This document shows positions 63,008 to 64,000 of a stretch of 64,000 nucleotides of DNA, one piece after another. The DNA is taken from IMG/VR virus record IMGVR_UViG_3300045988_123906, one strand, 5' to 3'. Source of the stretch: a virus. A program made the position numbers and the translations under genes. Under the pieces are notes generated by a model. That model saw nothing but the letters and a program-made list of their open reading frames with translations, was not told where the DNA came from and did not search any database. Position 1 is the first letter of the stretch; the number at the start of each line of letters is the position of its first letter.

Positions 63008-63853
63008 ATGACACACGAATGGGTTGAACAAGAAAAGAAACGGCTGGCTGAGAAGTTTAATAACTATCCACAGCGACTTCTCGATGAATGGTATGCAATC
63101 CCTGAAGAGTATCGGGATGTTCGCTTAAAGAAATATAATCTCTGGCCAGAAATCGCTAACATTGAAGCATCTATCAGAGAGGGAAGTCCTGTAAAACCAG
63201 TTGTTATCCACCTGCTTTTCACATATACAGATGAAGATTTCCTTGATTTTTACTTCAAAGATCGCGAGGAGTTTATTCCTGCTGCGGCAAAGTATTACGC
63301 TCATTTTCATAAAAATCTAGGGCAATATTATGAGTATCTGGAGTACGGCACAGTGTCGGTTGAAGAGGTCGAAGACAAAGTTATGGAGTTCAACGGCGAT
63401 ATTATCATTACAGATCCGTGTTATCTGTCTGTAAATATGACGAACGAAGAACGTCGCAACTTTGATTGTACTTGTATGATCAATTATGGAATTATCGGTA
63501 TTGAATCTGATACCTATTATGGCGATTGGGATTGCTCAACGTTTGACCGGCTTTCTTTTGACGAAAACGATTGCCCGAAACTAATCGGCAAATTTTGCGC
63601 AGATAGTGGCATGGTCTGTGTGGCGGATTTGCGGTCGGTCTTAAGGTTTAATCCGAAGTATGATTATCACATCAAGAAGGATTGGACTGCTACGTTAATC
63701 AGAAATTTCAAAGGTACGGTTCGTATCAAGATTGACCTGGCCAATGGTGGCAATGAAATCTATCCTGCTTATAACGCTAGTGTAATTGGCCATGGTGTCA
63801 ATATTAAAACTGGGGAACCAATCGAATTTTATACGAGGCAAACGGGACTATGA
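63008..63853 (+). CDS. hypothetical protein
   Basis: ATG 63008. 281 aa. Confidence 0.65.
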   Translation: MTHEWVEQEKKRLAEKFNNYPQRLLDEWYAIPEEYRDVRLKKYNLWPEIANIEASIREGSPVKPVVIHLLFTYTDEDFLDFYFKDREEFIPAAAKYYAHFHKNLGQYYEYLEYGTVSVEEVEDKVMEFNGDIIITDPCYLSVNMTNEERRNFDCTCMINYGIIGIESDTYYGDWDCSTFDRLSFDENDCPKLIGKFCADSGMVCVADLRSVLRFNPKYDYHIKKDWTATLIRNFKGTVRIKIDLANGGNEIYPAYNASVIGHGVNIKTGEPIEFYTRQTGL

Positions 63854-63981
63854 TGGACTATATTTTGAGATTATTATCTCGATTTGTTGATTTTTATCTT
63901 GAGTGGGCATGGTTTATTCTCCCGTTATGGGCATTTTATTTTATTGCAGTGATGTTGATAATCTCTAGTGTAAAGAGGTGA
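63853..63981 (+). CDS. small membrane protein (42 aa)
   Basis: Product is MDYILRLLSRFVDFYLEWAWFILPLWAFYFIAVMLIISSVKR. 1-nt overlap upstream. Confidence 0.4.
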   Translation: MDYILRLLSRFVDFYLEWAWFILPLWAFYFIAVMLIISSVKR

Positions 63982-63987
63982 TAAAAA

Positions 63988-64000
63988 ATGACACGAGAAG
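63988..64000 (+). CDS. start of next gene (truncated by the window)
   Basis: ATG 63988 follows AAAGAGG. Only 4 codons are visible. Confidence 0.3.

Noticed and set aside
1-64000. CRISPR arrays, rRNA genes, transposases/IS elements, and TGA or TAA reassignment
   Set aside because: No regularly spaced direct repeats and no rRNA-like sequence were seen. No transposase motifs were found. The only recombinases are the tyrosine integrase and the RuvC-like resolvase. TGA and TAA terminate genes cleanly, often in coupled ATGA, TAATG or TGATG overlaps, with no same-frame continuation.

Overview
This window is 64 kb of a tailed dsDNA phage, with Firmicutes-style GGAGG ribosome-binding sites, organised as two divergent arms around a roughly 1.3 kb control region (27.2-28.5 kb). 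The minus-strand arm (1-27164) encodes small and large terminase, portal, prohead protease/scaffold, major capsid, neck, tube and a tape-measure-like gene. It also encodes a RuvC-like resolvase, a metallophosphoesterase, a YonO/beta-prime-like single-subunit RNA polymerase and a PIN-PhoH ATPase. The plus-strand arm (28.5-64 kb) holds about 75 mostly small genes, a cluster of 7 tRNA or tRNA-like genes, a radical SAM enzyme, a Ubl-JAB-E1 cassette, a reverse transcriptase, a tyrosine recombinase, an AAA+ ATPase and an NAD+ reconstitution/salvage block. The main observations are: (1) at least ten intact genes carry one in-frame TAG, so TAG appears to be read as sense, and almost all sites are on the minus arm. 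(2) Fourteen small proteins with several unrelated bodies all end in the C-terminal tail E-C-x-C-[ED]-S-L-L. (3) A roughly 38-nt pseudoknot motif occurs four times in plus-strand leaders, with compensatory changes in both helices. (4) A family of four roughly 200-260-nt noncoding elements exists, and two of them bracket the RT gene. All calls come from by-eye translation and folding only. No searches were run.
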